Assembly: GCA_963768055.1 (NCBI GenBank)
Contig: CAVYGN010000001.1
Location: 1,088,001-1,152,000 of the forward strand
Direction: 5' to 3'
Length of the DNA stretch: 64,000 bases
Source: an uncultured Spirochaetota bacterium
GTDB taxonomy: Bacteria; Spirochaetota; Brevinematia; Brevinematales; JAOACQ01
The notes under the pieces are model-generated. The model saw only the letters and a list, made by a program, of their open reading frames with translations, ran no database searches and was not told the origin of the DNA. The first letter of the stretch is position 1; the number at the start of each line of letters is the position of its first letter. Positions 35,914-47,387 of the stretch are shown one piece after another. A program made the translations under genes and the position numbers.

Positions 35914-37290
35914 ATGATGTTTTACAGAATAATAATTTCTCTGATTTGCATTTTTTTTACAACCGGTATTATATTTCCCGATATTAGCGTGCCCGATGAG
36001 AACAGCCTCTTCCAGGGCGAAACCATGGTCGATACAAATAAGATAATATCGAACGCTTTAGTCTCTAACGCCAATCAGAAAAGCGTTTCACTTACAGGCC
36101 AGCTGCAGAGCATTACAGGCTATTCGATGACAAGCGGATTCCTTAAAGGCAGCACCAACGCCGACCAGAATCTGTGGCTTCCGGCGACTCAGGGCAATCT
36201 TTTCCTGGATATCAGGCTGACCCAGGGTATCAAGGCTTTTGCGGACATACAGGCCCAATATGCCACTACGGTAAATTCACTCGGCGCCCAGAGCAGCAGT
36301 TCAGGTTCAGGAACGCCTTCGATAGTCTCAACTGCTTCAAATACCACTACTCTCAGCCTGCAGGAATTATTCCTTGACGCCAATATCAATAACGCCATAT
36401 ATTTCAGGGCCGGCAAACAGGCTCTTCAATGGGGAGTCGGTAACTACTGGAGCCCCAGCGATCTTATAAATATCCAGAAACAGTCTTTCTATGCCATCTC
36501 AGGCTATAACCAGTATATTGAAGGGACATACGGCTTAAAAGCCCTTGTTCCTTTCGGGACGTCTGCGAACCTTTACGGGTTTGTCAATATGAACGGGGCG
36601 AAAGATCCCCAGGATATGGCATTCGCCGGAAAGGCGGAGTTCCTGATAAACCCCGTAGAATTTGCAGGGGCAATCTGGGCCAAGAACAACTACCACCCGG
36701 TTTACGCACTGGATGTCACGACGAGGCTTTTCAACTCTATCGATTTCAGAGGGGAGGCCAGTTTCGCGGATTACGACTTTAATCCTCAATATTCAACTAC
36801 CAATAATATAACATATGTATACGGCCAGCAATACTATGTTTCTAATATGATCACAAACCAGTTTGTCTGCAAGGTCTCGGTGGGTTTTACAAAGACATTC
36901 GACTGGGATATCCCTCAGAGGATCTCAATAACCCTTGAATTCTACTATAAATCTGACGGGTACACTCAGAATTATTTTACCAACCAGGCGTACCGGCAGA
37001 CAATCTCTACCATGCCTGACGCCTATACGATGAGCGATTATTATGCGTACAACTGGGCCCTCATTTCTTCGTTTGCAGAGTTTCTCGACCAGAATGTTAC
37101 GCTTTCTCTTAACGCGATAGGAAATTTCGTGGATTATTCATTTTTAATAGGCCCTACAATCAGCTGGAACCCGGTCTATGATTTTACGATCAATTTCTCG
37201 GTATTCGGGTACATCGGGGACCAGAACACTGAATATACTTATAACAACAACGGCATGACCGTATATTTGACCGGATCCATCATATTTTAA
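35914..37290 (+). CDS. Putative outer-membrane beta-barrel protein
   Basis: Signal peptide, LQELFLD..FRAGKQALQWG..WSPSD motif, aromatic strands, terminal Phe. Confidence 0.7.
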   Translation: MMFYRIIISLICIFFTTGIIFPDISVPDENSLFQGETMVDTNKIISNALVSNANQKSVSLTGQLQSITGYSMTSGFLKGSTNADQNLWLPATQGNLFLDIRLTQGIKAFADIQAQYATTVNSLGAQSSSSGSGTPSIVSTASNTTTLSLQELFLDANINNAIYFRAGKQALQWGVGNYWSPSDLINIQKQSFYAISGYNQYIEGTYGLKALVPFGTSANLYGFVNMNGAKDPQDMAFAGKAEFLINPVEFAGAIWAKNNYHPVYALDVTTRLFNSIDFRGEASFADYDFNPQYSTTNNITYVYGQQYYVSNMITNQFVCKVSVGFTKTFDWDIPQRISITLEFYYKSDGYTQNYFTNQAYRQTISTMPDAYTMSDYYAYNWALISSFAEFLDQNVTLSLNAIGNFVDYSFLIGPTISWNPVYDFTINFSVFGYIGDQNTEYTYNNNGMTVYLTGSIIF

Positions 37291-37341
37291 GGGTTTATCG
37301 GTTTAAAGACCAAAAAAGCTACCGGTATCAAAAGAGCTAAC

Positions 37342-37370
37342 TTGACTTTTTTTATAATGATACTTAAATT
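37342..37370 (+). promoter_or_regulatory. Sigma70-type promoter of grpE-dnaK
   Basis: TTGACT-17 nt-TAAATT. Confidence 0.5.
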
Positions 37371-37412
37371 TATGTCACAAATTTTATTTTATTTTTTACA
37401 GGAGTTTATACA

Positions 37413-38030
37413 ATGAGCGACCAGGCAGAAAATAAAAATGATGAAGTATTGGATAAAGAACAGGATAAAACAGAACCTAAACAAGGGGCCGGGGAAACCC
37501 GCCCCGGTCATAAAGAATCGGCCGAAATCAAACTTTTAAAAGGGGAGATAGAACAGATTAAACAGGAATCCTCCCGTTTAAAAGAGGAAAATGCAGCGCT
37601 TGACGATTCCTACCGCAGAAAAGTCGCTGAATTCGACAATTACCGCAAGAGGATGATTAAACAGATGGAAGATACCGCGGTTGAATCTACTAGAAAATTT
37701 TTAACAGAGATTTTACCCATTTTCGATAATTTCGGAAGGGCCTTGAAAAGTTCCGAGAAATCAAAGGATTTCGAACAGCTCTATAACGGTTTGTGCGTTA
37801 CAAACAAGGGTATTCTTCATTTTTTCGACCGGATAGGCGTAAAACCTATGGAACCGCTCGGTCAGGAATTCAACCCGAATCTGCATGAGGCGGTTTTAAT
37901 GGAAGAAAGGGAGGATGTTCCCTTTGAAAAAACCGTAGTCGATGAACTGGAAAAGGGGTATATGCTCGGGGATGCGGTCATAAGGCACAGCAAAGTCAAG
38001 GTAGCGAAGAAAAAGCAAAAGATAACATGA
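37413..38030 (+). CDS. grpE: Nucleotide exchange factor GrpE
   Basis: [35 protein letters not shown]. Confidence 0.96.
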   Translation: MSDQAENKNDEVLDKEQDKTEPKQGAGETRPGHKESAEIKLLKGEIEQIKQESSRLKEENAALDDSYRRKVAEFDNYRKRMIKQMEDTAVESTRKFLTEILPIFDNFGRALKSSEKSKDFEQLYNGLCVTNKGILHFFDRIGVKPMEPLGQEFNPNLHEAVLMEEREDVPFEKTVVDELEKGYMLGDAVIRHSKVKVAKKKQKIT

Positions 38031-38040
38031 GGAGATAGAT

Positions 38041-39990
38041 ATGCCTGGAAAAATAATAGGAATCGATCTGGGAACAACAAATTCCGTTGTTTCAATCGTG
38101 GAAAACGGTCAGCCTGTCGTAATACCCAACCAGGAAGGTTCACGGACGACGCCGTCCATCGTCGCTTTTACAGACAAGGGTGAGGTCGTTGTCGGACAAC
38201 CCGCGAAGAACCAGATGATAACAAATCATGACAATACTATTTATTCCGCTAAACGTTTTATTGGAAGACGGATTGAGGAAACGGAAAAAGAGATCAAGAT
38301 GGCCGCCTTTAAAGTAAAATCCGGCCCCCACAACGATGTCAGGTTTAGTACAAGAGCAGGAGATTTCAGCCCTCAGGAAATTTCAGCCCGCGTGCTGATG
38401 AAATTGAAACAAGCCGCAGAGGATTACCTTGGCGAAAAACTTGAAAGGGCGGTAATAACCGTACCCGCCTATTTTAACGATTCCCAGAGGCAGGCGACCA
38501 AGGATGCGGGTACAATAGCAGGCCTTAAGGTCGAACGTATCATCAATGAACCGACAGCCGCTGCCCTTGCCTACGGCCTTGACAAAAAAAAGGAAGGCAT
38601 TGTCGCTGTTTATGATTTCGGAGGCGGGACTTTCGATATTTCAATTCTCGAGATAGGCGACGGCGTTTTCGAGGTAAAAGCGACAAACGGAGATACGCAT
38701 CTGGGGGGAGACGATGTCGATCATGCCGTCATGGAGTATATGATCCAGGAGTTCAGGAAAGACACCGGTGTTGACCTTTCAAAGGACCCGATGGCCATTC
38801 AGAGGCTCAAGGATTCCGCTGAAAAGGCTAAAATCGAGCTTTCTTCAAAAATGGAGACCCAGGTAAACCTTCCATATATAACAGCCGATGCGAGCGGCCC
38901 GAAACACCTTCAGTTGAATCTGACAAGAAGCCAGCTTGAAAATATAGCAAGGTCGTTCATTGAAAGATCGATTCAGCCATGTCTGAATGTATTACGGGAT
39001 GCTAACCTTACAAAAGAAAAAATAGACGAGGTGATCCTTGTCGGCGGCATGACGAGAATGCCATTAATCGTACAAACCGTCAAAAATATTTTCGATAAAG
39101 AGCCGTCGAAGGGTGTAAACCCCGACGAGGTTGTGGCTGTAGGCGCCGCTATCCAGGGGGCTGTATTAACAGGGGATATGAAGGACCTTCTCCTGCTTGA
39201 CGTTACCCCTCTTTCTCTGGGCATTGAGACTCTAGGGGGCGTTTCCACGGTATTGATCCCAAGAAACACCACTATTCCTACCAAGAAGTCTCAGATATTC
39301 TCCACAGCGGAGGAAAATCAGACCGCTGTACAGATTCATGTACTTCAAGGCGAGCGCCCGATGGCAAGGGATAACAGGACCCTGGGAATGTTCATGCTGG
39401 AAGGGATACCGCCCGCTCCGCGAGGCATTCCCCAGATCGAGGTAACATTCGATATCGATGCCAACGGCATTCTTCATGTTTCGGCTAAGGATATGGGCAC
39501 GGGCAAAGAACAAAAGATAAGGATTGAATCATCGAGCGGTCTGAATGAAACGGAAATCAAAAGGATGCAGCAGGAGGCTGAGAAAAACGCCGAAGCGGAT
39601 AAGAAGGTTAAGGAACTTATCGAGTTAAAAAACCAGGCGGATAATCTCGCGTATTCAATAGAAAAGACAGTAAGGGAATACGGGGATAAGATCGACCCGA
39701 AGGATAAGGTCGAGGTTGAGGAGAAAGTCAAGAGTTTAAAAGAAGCAATAAAGGGAGATAATGAGGCAAAAATTAAATCGGAAATAGAAGAGCTTAATAA
39801 AATATCCCATAAAATCTCCGAACAATTATATAAAAATACGGCTTATAATCAACAGGGTCAAACCGGCCAGCCGGAACAGGGCCAAGCAGGGTCGAAAGAT
39901 GAAGAGCAAAAAGGCTCTTCGAAAGGCGATGAAAAGATCGTTGACGCTGAAGTAGTTGACGATAACAATGACGAAAAGAAAAAAGAATAA
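38041..39990 (+). CDS. dnaK: Chaperone DnaK
   Basis: [35 protein letters not shown]. Confidence 0.99.
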   Translation: MPGKIIGIDLGTTNSVVSIVENGQPVVIPNQEGSRTTPSIVAFTDKGEVVVGQPAKNQMITNHDNTIYSAKRFIGRRIEETEKEIKMAAFKVKSGPHNDVRFSTRAGDFSPQEISARVLMKLKQAAEDYLGEKLERAVITVPAYFNDSQRQATKDAGTIAGLKVERIINEPTAAALAYGLDKKKEGIVAVYDFGGGTFDISILEIGDGVFEVKATNGDTHLGGDDVDHAVMEYMIQEFRKDTGVDLSKDPMAIQRLKDSAEKAKIELSSKMETQVNLPYITADASGPKHLQLNLTRSQLENIARSFIERSIQPCLNVLRDANLTKEKIDEVILVGGMTRMPLIVQTVKNIFDKEPSKGVNPDEVVAVGAAIQGAVLTGDMKDLLLLDVTPLSLGIETLGGVSTVLIPRNTTIPTKKSQIFSTAEENQTAVQIHVLQGERPMARDNRTLGMFMLEGIPPAPRGIPQIEVTFDIDANGILHVSAKDMGTGKEQKIRIESSSGLNETEIKRMQQEAEKNAEADKKVKELIELKNQADNLAYSIEKTVREYGDKIDPKDKVEVEEKVKSLKEAIKGDNEAKIKSEIEELNKISHKISEQLYKNTAYNQQGQTGQPEQGQAGSKDEEQKGSSKGDEKIVDAEVVDDNNDEKKKE

Positions 39991-40175
39991 AGGGTGGTTC
40001 TAAAAACTGGATTTTTAGAAAACAAACGTAATAATGAATCTAATAATTCCGCCCTATGGGCCCTGGTGCCTGGCCTGGTGCCAGTCCCCAGGACAGGTGC
40101 ATTTATACTTGCGTATAAACGCAAGTACCCAAAGGGCTTGTCCCCGTAAGGGGGGCAGTTATTATAAGTGCCCTA
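39990..40175. repeat. MITE-like palindromic element, copy 2
   Basis: aagggtggttctaaaaac...ccgccctatggg...ttataagtgcccta; shares both ends and the central junction with 1543-1657. Confidence 0.65.
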
Positions 40176-40202
40176 AAAATAGTTATTGAATAATTTATGA
40201 GG

Positions 40203-40268
40203 GGCTGTCCATTTGACCGGGCGGTTTAAAATAACCGCCCTAATTTAAATTAGGGACGGCCTTTTTTT
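40203..40268 (+). terminator. Terminator-like multi-hairpin between dnaK and dnaJ
   Basis: ggctgtcc..ggacggcc followed by T7, enclosing gggcggtt/aaccgccc and the palindrome ccctaatttaaattaggg. Confidence 0.55.
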
Positions 40269-40284
40269 AATTTTGAGGTTATAA

Positions 40285-41370
40285 ATGGCAACCAATAAGG
40301 ATTATTACGAAATCTTGGGTGTACCGAGAAGCTCTTCCGACGATGAAATAAAAAAGGCTTTCAGGCAGCTGGCCATGAAATATCATCCGGACAGGAACCC
40401 GGGCGATAAAGTGGCTGAGGATAAATTTAAGGAAATAAACGATGCCTATGAAGTATTGTCTAATCCTGAAAAAAGGCGGATGTATGACCAATTCGGACAT
40501 TCTGCGTTCAGCCAGGGCATGGGTGGCCAGGGGCAAAGCACGTCCTTCGATTTTGACGATATTTTCGGGGGTACCGGTTTCGAAGATATATTCAACACGT
40601 TTTTCGGAGGAGGAACTTCAAGAAAGTCCCGTTCTAAAACCTCTACCAGGGGTTCGGATATCAGGGCAGACATTACTCTCGACCTCTCCGACGTATTGAC
40701 AGACAAAAGCCTGAAAATAAAAGTCAGGAGGAACGACTCCTGCGAAGTATGCCATGGAACCGGCAGCCGTAGCGGCAGCAAGTCCGGGACATGCCCGACC
40801 TGCGGGGGAAGGGGGACTGTAAGGACGACACAAGGATTTTTCAGTATTTCCACAACTTGTCCTGCATGCCATGGAGCGGGAACCGTAATTTCCGACCCTT
40901 GCCAGAACTGCCGGGGGTCCGGAATATTAGAAAAAGATTCGTTTATCAATGTGAAGATACCGGCGGGCGTTGACGACGGCGTAAGGCTTAGGGTTTCGGA
41001 CGAGGGCGACGCCGGAAGGAACGGAGGAACGAGGGGTGATCTTTACGTTCTGATTCATATCAAAAATGACACGATTTTTGAACGAAGAGGTACGGACCTT
41101 TACGGTAAACTTAAGATAAGTTTCCCGAGGGCAGTTTTCGGCGGACAGATAGAGGTAGACTCTTTAGAGGGAAAGAAGAAAGTGAATTTACCATCAGGGG
41201 TCCAGTCCGGCCACCAGATAAGGCTTAAAAACGAGGGAATTCCCGATATCAGGTCAAAGGTCAGGGGGGATATCTATTACGAGGTGAATATCGATGTTCC
41301 TAAAAGTTTGAAACAGAAAGAAAAAGATATTCTCAGGGAATACGGCCGCCTGACAGGTGATAATATTTGA
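40285..41370 (+). CDS. dnaJ: Chaperone DnaJ
   Basis: HPD J-domain, G/F-rich region, four CxxCxGxG repeats. Confidence 0.98.
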   Translation: MATNKDYYEILGVPRSSSDDEIKKAFRQLAMKYHPDRNPGDKVAEDKFKEINDAYEVLSNPEKRRMYDQFGHSAFSQGMGGQGQSTSFDFDDIFGGTGFEDIFNTFFGGGTSRKSRSKTSTRGSDIRADITLDLSDVLTDKSLKIKVRRNDSCEVCHGTGSRSGSKSGTCPTCGGRGTVRTTQGFFSISTTCPACHGAGTVISDPCQNCRGSGILEKDSFINVKIPAGVDDGVRLRVSDEGDAGRNGGTRGDLYVLIHIKNDTIFERRGTDLYGKLKISFPRAVFGGQIEVDSLEGKKKVNLPSGVQSGHQIRLKNEGIPDIRSKVRGDIYYEVNIDVPKSLKQKEKDILREYGRLTGDNI

Positions 41371-41388
41371 ATCAGCGTCCGAACATTA

Positions 41389-43197
41389 TTATTGAGGTCC
41401 TGCCGGCTTGTAGACGGCCTTATTTTTAAAATAATAATTTATTAGTTCGACTGCTATCGGAGCCGCCTCTGCCGAACCGCCCCCGCCATGATCAATAACT
41501 ACCGTAACGGCGATTAAATTATCTTTATTCGTTTCACCATACGGGGCGAAAGCGGTAAACCAGGCATGAGTTTGCTGATCTTTTCCCGCCTCTCCGGTAC
41601 CTGATTTTCCCGCGATCGGGATCCTTGAAGCGTCTTTTATCCATTTGGCGGTACCGTAAGTAGTTACACCATACATACCTTTTCTGAGAACATCGATCTG
41701 GTCAACGGATAGATTTATTGTTCTCAGGACTTCATTCGGAATATTTGTTATTACCTTATTATCGGAAATTGAGAATATTTTTTGAAGCAGATGAGGCTTC
41801 ATCATGACTCCGTCATTGGCAATAGCCATTGTCAGTGCATTCACTTCAACGGGGGTTATAATGAGATCTCCCTGGCCGATAGATATGTTTGCCGTATCGC
41901 CGTTCTGCCATGGACGGTTATATTTCTTTTTAATATAGTCCATATCAGGTAAAAACCCAATGCTTTCACCTGGCAGGTCGATTTCAGTCTTTTTATTGAC
42001 ACCGTAATTTTGTGCAAAATACATTATTTCGTCCCTTCCCACCGAAAGGCCGGTTGTATAAAAATAGACGTCGCAGGAATTGGCTATGCCGCCTATGAAA
42101 TTCTGGACATGATGCACGTCCCAGCATTTGAACATTCTATTGCCGATCCACATAAATCCCTGGCAGTTTACTGTTTTGTTTAGCGATACACCTGTTTTTA
42201 ATGCGGCTGACGCAGTGATAAGTTTGAAAATGGAGCTTGGGGGATATAGGCCCTGTATAACCCTGTTAAGGAAGGGCTTATCGATGTTGTTTGTCAATTC
42301 AAAAAATTCTTCTTCAGTAAAACGGTCTGTAAAAATATTGGGATCGAATGAGGGTTTTGAAACCAGGGCTAATATTTCTCCTGTCACCGGTTTTGAAACA
42401 ATGACGGCCCCGGTCCTGTCTCCGATAAGGTCATAAGCGAGCTCCTGCAGGTCCTGGTCAATGGTAAGGACAACGGCGTCACCTGGGACGGCTTCCTTGT
42501 CGATATTCTGATCGAGAACATTTCCATTAACATCGACAACCCTTTCAAGTATCCCCTCCTTACCCCTGATTATTTCATCATATTTTTTTTCTATACCCAT
42601 CTTTCCCACTATGCTCCCATAGTGAAATTCTTTGTTCACTTTGAATTGTTTCAATTCGTCCTTGCTGATAATCCCGGTATAACCGATAAGCTGGGCCGTT
42701 TTTTCCCTTTCAGGGTAAATCCTTCGGGGCCTGTTCTCGCATTCCAGTCCCGGATAAAGTTCATAATGTTCTTTGAACTGTATAAGGATTTTAGTGTCGA
42801 TGTCGTATTTCAGTATTACAGGAGTGTATTTATCAAGGGCCTGTTCATTGAGCATAGTCTCGATTTCATCGACCGGTATATTAAGAAGGCGGGAAACATT
42901 GGACAAAACCTGGAGCCTCTGGGAAGAGTTTTCAGGTAAATATGCCGGAGTCGCGATAACGGATAAAGATCTCCTGTTAAAAGCGAGTTTATTCTGGATT
43001 GTCCTGTCGAATATAACGCTCCTGAAAGCCGGAAGTTTTATGATCTGGGTCCTGTTTTCCATAGCCTGCTTGTAATATTCCCTTCCGCGGACAATCTGAA
43101 GGTAAAAAAGCCTGATGAATAACAATCCGGCCAGGGCATAGATTATGATGAATATCGTAAATAATCTGATTTTTGTTTTATAAGCGAGTTCCTGCAT
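41389..43197 (-). CDS. mrdA: Penicillin-binding protein 2
   Basis: RLFYLQI, SIFK (SxxK), SCDVYFY, KSG motif, HAWF. Confidence 0.92.
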   Translation of the reverse strand: MQELAYKTKIRLFTIFIIIYALAGLLFIRLFYLQIVRGREYYKQAMENRTQIIKLPAFRSVIFDRTIQNKLAFNRRSLSVIATPAYLPENSSQRLQVLSNVSRLLNIPVDEIETMLNEQALDKYTPVILKYDIDTKILIQFKEHYELYPGLECENRPRRIYPEREKTAQLIGYTGIISKDELKQFKVNKEFHYGSIVGKMGIEKKYDEIIRGKEGILERVVDVNGNVLDQNIDKEAVPGDAVVLTIDQDLQELAYDLIGDRTGAVIVSKPVTGEILALVSKPSFDPNIFTDRFTEEEFFELTNNIDKPFLNRVIQGLYPPSSIFKLITASAALKTGVSLNKTVNCQGFMWIGNRMFKCWDVHHVQNFIGGIANSCDVYFYTTGLSVGRDEIMYFAQNYGVNKKTEIDLPGESIGFLPDMDYIKKKYNRPWQNGDTANISIGQGDLIITPVEVNALTMAIANDGVMMKPHLLQKIFSISDNKVITNIPNEVLRTINLSVDQIDVLRKGMYGVTTYGTAKWIKDASRIPIAGKSGTGEAGKDQQTHAWFTAFAPYGETNKDNLIAVTVVIDHGGGGSAEAAPIAVELINYYFKNKAVYKPAGPQ

Positions 43198-43226
43198 TGA
43201 ATTTTTACCTCTTCAGGCCGGGCATT

Positions 43227-45221
43227 TTAAACGAGAGAAAGAGGGTCGATATCAATTTCCATATAGACGAAGCGCGAGTTCTTAATCTTTTTAACATCCT
43301 TCTTTAGCGATGAAATAAATATTTTGATTATTGCCGCATCTCTTGACTTGATAATTATATGATGCCTATAGTTATTTTTCAACTTTTCCAGCGGGCATGA
43401 AACAGGCCCCAGGATCTTTGCTTTTCCCTTGAATTCATCTTCATGTTCTGAAACCCATTTCTTTACTTGATCGGAAAATTCTATAAGCATACCCTTATCG
43501 TTACAGCGGAGAACAATCCTCCCAAGTCTTACGAATGGAGGATAAACGAAAGCTCTCCGCTTTTCAATTTCCATATTATAAAACGCCGGATAATCCTGTG
43601 CTGCAGACAATGTGATTGCGTAGTGATCGGGCATATATGTCTCGATAGCAGCTTCCCCGCGCTCATTACGCCGTCCGGCTCTGCCTATTACCTGTGTAAG
43701 CAGTACAAAAGTCCTTTCGACCGAGCGGAAGTCCGGAATATTCATTATGATATCCGGAAGAATTACCCCAACGAACTGGATTCCGGCAATATCATGGCCC
43801 TTTGCTACCATCTGTGTACCGATAAGTATATCAATTTCATGGTTTTTCATTCTTTGGAGAATATCGATATAGCTGTTTTTGCCCCTTGTAGTATCCAGGT
43901 CCATCCTTTCTATACGGTAATAGGGGAAATGATTTTTCAATATACTTTCAAGTTTTTCTGTTCCGCTCCCCAACTCTCTGATGTCGATATTTCCGCAATG
44001 AGGACATGAATCAGGAAGATTTTCGGCATAACCGCAATGATGACATATGAGTTTGCACATTTCTTTGTGATAGGTTAGCGAGAGATTGCAGTTGGGGCAT
44101 GGAAAGGCGTACCCGCAGTCCCTGCAGATCATGGATGTTGAAAATCCGCGCCTGTTTAAAAAGATAAGAACCTGATTTTTTCTGCCGATGGTTTCTATAA
44201 TTTTGCCAAGTAGTTCGCCTGTGATTATGTTTTTATTTTTTTCTTTCCTGAGGTCGGAAATTCTGACGGAAGGAAGAAGGTTATCGCCGTACCTTTTTTT
44301 GAGTTCGATCAGGTGAAAAACCTTTTTTTTAGCATAATAGTAACTTTCTACCTGAGGCGTCGCAGAACCAAGAACCAGGAGGGCATTATCGCGTTTTGAA
44401 CGGTGATAGGCTATCTGGCGGGCGTGATAACGCGGAGAATTCCCTGATTTATATGAATTTTCATGTTCTTCATCGATAATTATCAGGCCAAGGTTTTTAA
44501 CCGGCATAAATACAGCTGATCTCGGACCGATGACTATTTTCGATTCGCCCTTCAGGGCCCTCATCCATTCCCCGAGCCTTTCGCCGGGAGTAAGCCTGCT
44601 ATGGTAAATTGATACCTCGTCGCCGAAAGTGCTGTAAAAACGCTCGAGGGTCTGGGGAGTAAGCGATATTTCAGGGATCAGTATTATTGAAGCCTTGCCC
44701 ATTGACAGCATCTTTTTAACAAGATGCTTATATATTTCTGTTTTTCCCGAACCTGTAACCCCATGGATCAGATAAGTTTCGCTCTTGCCAATCCCGGATT
44801 CGATCGCTTCAAGCGCCTGCTTCTGCTCTTCATCAAGATTTGCAAGATTCCCCGTATATCTGAATGGATGAACGTATCTTTTATACTTTTTTGCGGAAGG
44901 GACTATCGCGGAGAGAGTTTCTCCGAATGGAGACAGGTAAAACCCGCTCATCCACCGTGCTATTTCCAGGACGCTTTCGTTTATAACAGGATATTCTTCA
45001 AGAATTTTCAAAACAGGCTTAATCTTTAGTTGTTTCAGGTTTTCAGGAATTGAGTCGAAAGCGACTTTACGTATTACAAAACCTGTTTCCTGCCGGCCCC
45101 TTAGATCGACGATCACCCTTTGAAGCAATTTGACATCCATATAATCGGGAATGGAATAATAATAAAGATCATCAACAGGAACGTTGACGGCGACCTCAGC
45201 GTAGAGATTGGGAATCTGCAT
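43227..45221 (-). CDS. priA: Primosomal protein N'
   Basis: HGVTGSGKTE, DEEHE, Cys-rich zinc region, GRAGR. Confidence 0.96.
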   Translation of the reverse strand: MQIPNLYAEVAVNVPVDDLYYYSIPDYMDVKLLQRVIVDLRGRQETGFVIRKVAFDSIPENLKQLKIKPVLKILEEYPVINESVLEIARWMSGFYLSPFGETLSAIVPSAKKYKRYVHPFRYTGNLANLDEEQKQALEAIESGIGKSETYLIHGVTGSGKTEIYKHLVKKMLSMGKASIILIPEISLTPQTLERFYSTFGDEVSIYHSRLTPGERLGEWMRALKGESKIVIGPRSAVFMPVKNLGLIIIDEEHENSYKSGNSPRYHARQIAYHRSKRDNALLVLGSATPQVESYYYAKKKVFHLIELKKRYGDNLLPSVRISDLRKEKNKNIITGELLGKIIETIGRKNQVLIFLNRRGFSTSMICRDCGYAFPCPNCNLSLTYHKEMCKLICHHCGYAENLPDSCPHCGNIDIRELGSGTEKLESILKNHFPYYRIERMDLDTTRGKNSYIDILQRMKNHEIDILIGTQMVAKGHDIAGIQFVGVILPDIIMNIPDFRSVERTFVLLTQVIGRAGRRNERGEAAIETYMPDHYAITLSAAQDYPAFYNMEIEKRRAFVYPPFVRLGRIVLRCNDKGMLIEFSDQVKKWVSEHEDEFKGKAKILGPVSCPLEKLKNNYRHHIIIKSRDAAIIKIFISSLKKDVKKIKNSRFVYMEIDIDPLSLV

Positions 45222-45450
45222 AAAATTAAACCATGAACTAATGACGGCTTATTCTACCCATAATTCCCGTTAATATCAAGAAAATTACAAAAGTACTCGA
45301 AAAGGGTTGTAGGAACACCTGGTTTCCGGAACGGCAAGGAATAAAGCTCAATCCCTGAAAACCCGCATTTTCAATTACTATTTAATTTTATGTAAACGAA
45401 AACCGATGAATAATGAGCATTACGCCCATTTTTAAAGCAGGAAGTGGAAT

Positions 45451-47385
45451 TTGAATAAAAAGAACCTTCAGTCATCTTTATTCCTGATGGATTTTGTAGT
45501 TCTTGTAACAATATTCGTCTGTGTATTTCTTCTTTTCGAATTTGTAATCAATAAGATCCTGATAAATTACAGCATTGATAAATTTTATGACAGCATGAGA
45601 GGTACACAGTTCGATCTGAACAATTCTATTTCTTACCTTGAAGAGAAAAAGGAACTGACTTATACAAAATCCGCAGAAGATATCTTTAATTATATTAAAC
45701 TATCGACCTTAAAGAAGGCGAAATACGATAACAGCATTTTTGCAATTTTATTCCCAAAAGAAGAGGATTACCTTGTCATCGGCGAGAGAAAGCAACCGGA
45801 TATCAAGATCGACAAAAAATATATTACCTTTGATGATATTAAAAAAAAGCTCGAACAAAATACCGTAACTTCGAACAATAATTCGGCGAAAGATTATATT
45901 GAATTCAGCATCAGGGGTAAAAATTATATAGGCATTGCAAGCTATTCCGAATCCGGAATTCGGAAATCATTTGACAGGAAAAACAGCGATTTAATATATC
46001 CGATAATCGTAATCGCAGACGATAAGGGAGATTTTTTCTTTCTTCTGAACAGGGTAAGGAATATTTTTTTCGTATTGTTTTCTCTCGTATTCGGCATAGG
46101 CGCTATTTTTAAAATTTATAACACTATTAATATTACAAGGGAAATTTATGATATAAGGGACAGGATGCACAGGGCGGGCAAAGAAATCCGTGAAATGGGA
46201 TTGATCGGGAAAGAAAGCGAGGTCCTCAAGAAGAATTTCATTGAAACGGCCAACCTCGACGAATCATTTTCAGAACTCACAGGCGCTCTTATCGATCTGG
46301 GTGATATCATTTCCGGTATTGCCGACAGGGACCTTTTCACGGCCACTTTAAAAAAGGATGACAGCCTTCTAAAGCCCCATGATGAAATGATGACGATCAT
46401 GTTTCTCGATATACAGGATTTTACCGGCATCACGGAAAGACACAAAGATAATATAATGGGGATAGTCAATCATATATGGACCGAAGTGGAACATATCATC
46501 AGCAAAAATAAGGGAAAAATAAACAAATTGATAGGCGATGCGGCATTACTGATATTTCTGGACAACCAGAAGGATGGAAATATCAATTCCACAATTAACG
46601 CTTTCTATTCGGCCGTAGAGCTGCTCTCCAGAGTACCTGTAATCAGCAGGGATCTAGATATTAATTTTAATTTCAGGATCGGGCTGGATTACGGCAAGGT
46701 GACTTACGGCAAAACAGGCTCGGATAAGAACTATGAACTGGGTGTAATAGGGGATACTGTAAATACAGCTTCAAGACTGGAATCAATATGCAAGCAGTAT
46801 CACACCAATCTCCTGATAACGGATAACGTTTACAAAAACCTCACCCTTAAAACCAACCAGGAATACAATATCAGAAAGGATATTAACTCGGAAGACGATT
46901 TGTTTATCAGATTGTTTGCGGTTGATAAAGTCAGGCCAAAGGGTAAAAAGGAAGCAAAGGAAATTTTTACAGTGATAAAAAGGAAAAACAAAAACTTCGC
47001 ATTATTGGGGAATGAATCGTATTTCGATGTGGATTATTTTAATAGATACCATCAGTTTCTCATATTGTTCATAAACAGCATTCAGGAATGGCGAGATTAT
47101 TATATGAAAAAACGGGACGAAAATGAATTTCAATTAAGCGGGGAAACTATTGAACTACGGAATAAAGCTGAAAAAAAGTGGTCGGAACTTGTCAAAAATC
47201 TGGCTGAATTTTATTTAAGCTCGAAACTGCCTTTAGTGGAACATTTTATAAAGACAATATTAAAATTTGAAGAATATGACGAATTTTTAAAGGTACCCGG
47301 CGAATGGCTGAAAAAGGATATATACAGGGTAAAAGAACCCTCAAGCGACTGGATCGTGACGGGAACGGTTGAATTGGAAAAATAG
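45451..47385 (+). CDS. Membrane-bound class III adenylate/guanylate cyclase
   Basis: Two TM helices around an extracytoplasmic domain; FLDIQDFT, INKLIGDA, FRIGLDYG, VIGDTVNTASRLE; TTG start. Confidence 0.88.
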   Translation: MNKKNLQSSLFLMDFVVLVTIFVCVFLLFEFVINKILINYSIDKFYDSMRGTQFDLNNSISYLEEKKELTYTKSAEDIFNYIKLSTLKKAKYDNSIFAILFPKEEDYLVIGERKQPDIKIDKKYITFDDIKKKLEQNTVTSNNNSAKDYIEFSIRGKNYIGIASYSESGIRKSFDRKNSDLIYPIIVIADDKGDFFFLLNRVRNIFFVLFSLVFGIGAIFKIYNTINITREIYDIRDRMHRAGKEIREMGLIGKESEVLKKNFIETANLDESFSELTGALIDLGDIISGIADRDLFTATLKKDDSLLKPHDEMMTIMFLDIQDFTGITERHKDNIMGIVNHIWTEVEHIISKNKGKINKLIGDAALLIFLDNQKDGNINSTINAFYSAVELLSRVPVISRDLDINFNFRIGLDYGKVTYGKTGSDKNYELGVIGDTVNTASRLESICKQYHTNLLITDNVYKNLTLKTNQEYNIRKDINSEDDLFIRLFAVDKVRPKGKKEAKEIFTVIKRKNKNFALLGNESYFDVDYFNRYHQFLILFINSIQEWRDYYMKKRDENEFQLSGETIELRNKAEKKWSELVKNLAEFYLSSKLPLVEHFIKTILKFEEYDEFLKVPGEWLKKDIYRVKEPSSDWIVTGTVELEK

Positions 47386-47387
47386 TT

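Noticed and set aside
27919..37300. Genomic island integrated at tRNA-Glu
   Set aside because: Content looks accessory, but no integrase or duplicated tRNA 3' end was found.
37291..37412. CIRCE/HrcA operator before grpE
   Set aside because: No TTAGCACTC-N9-GAGTGCTAA and no hrcA in the window.
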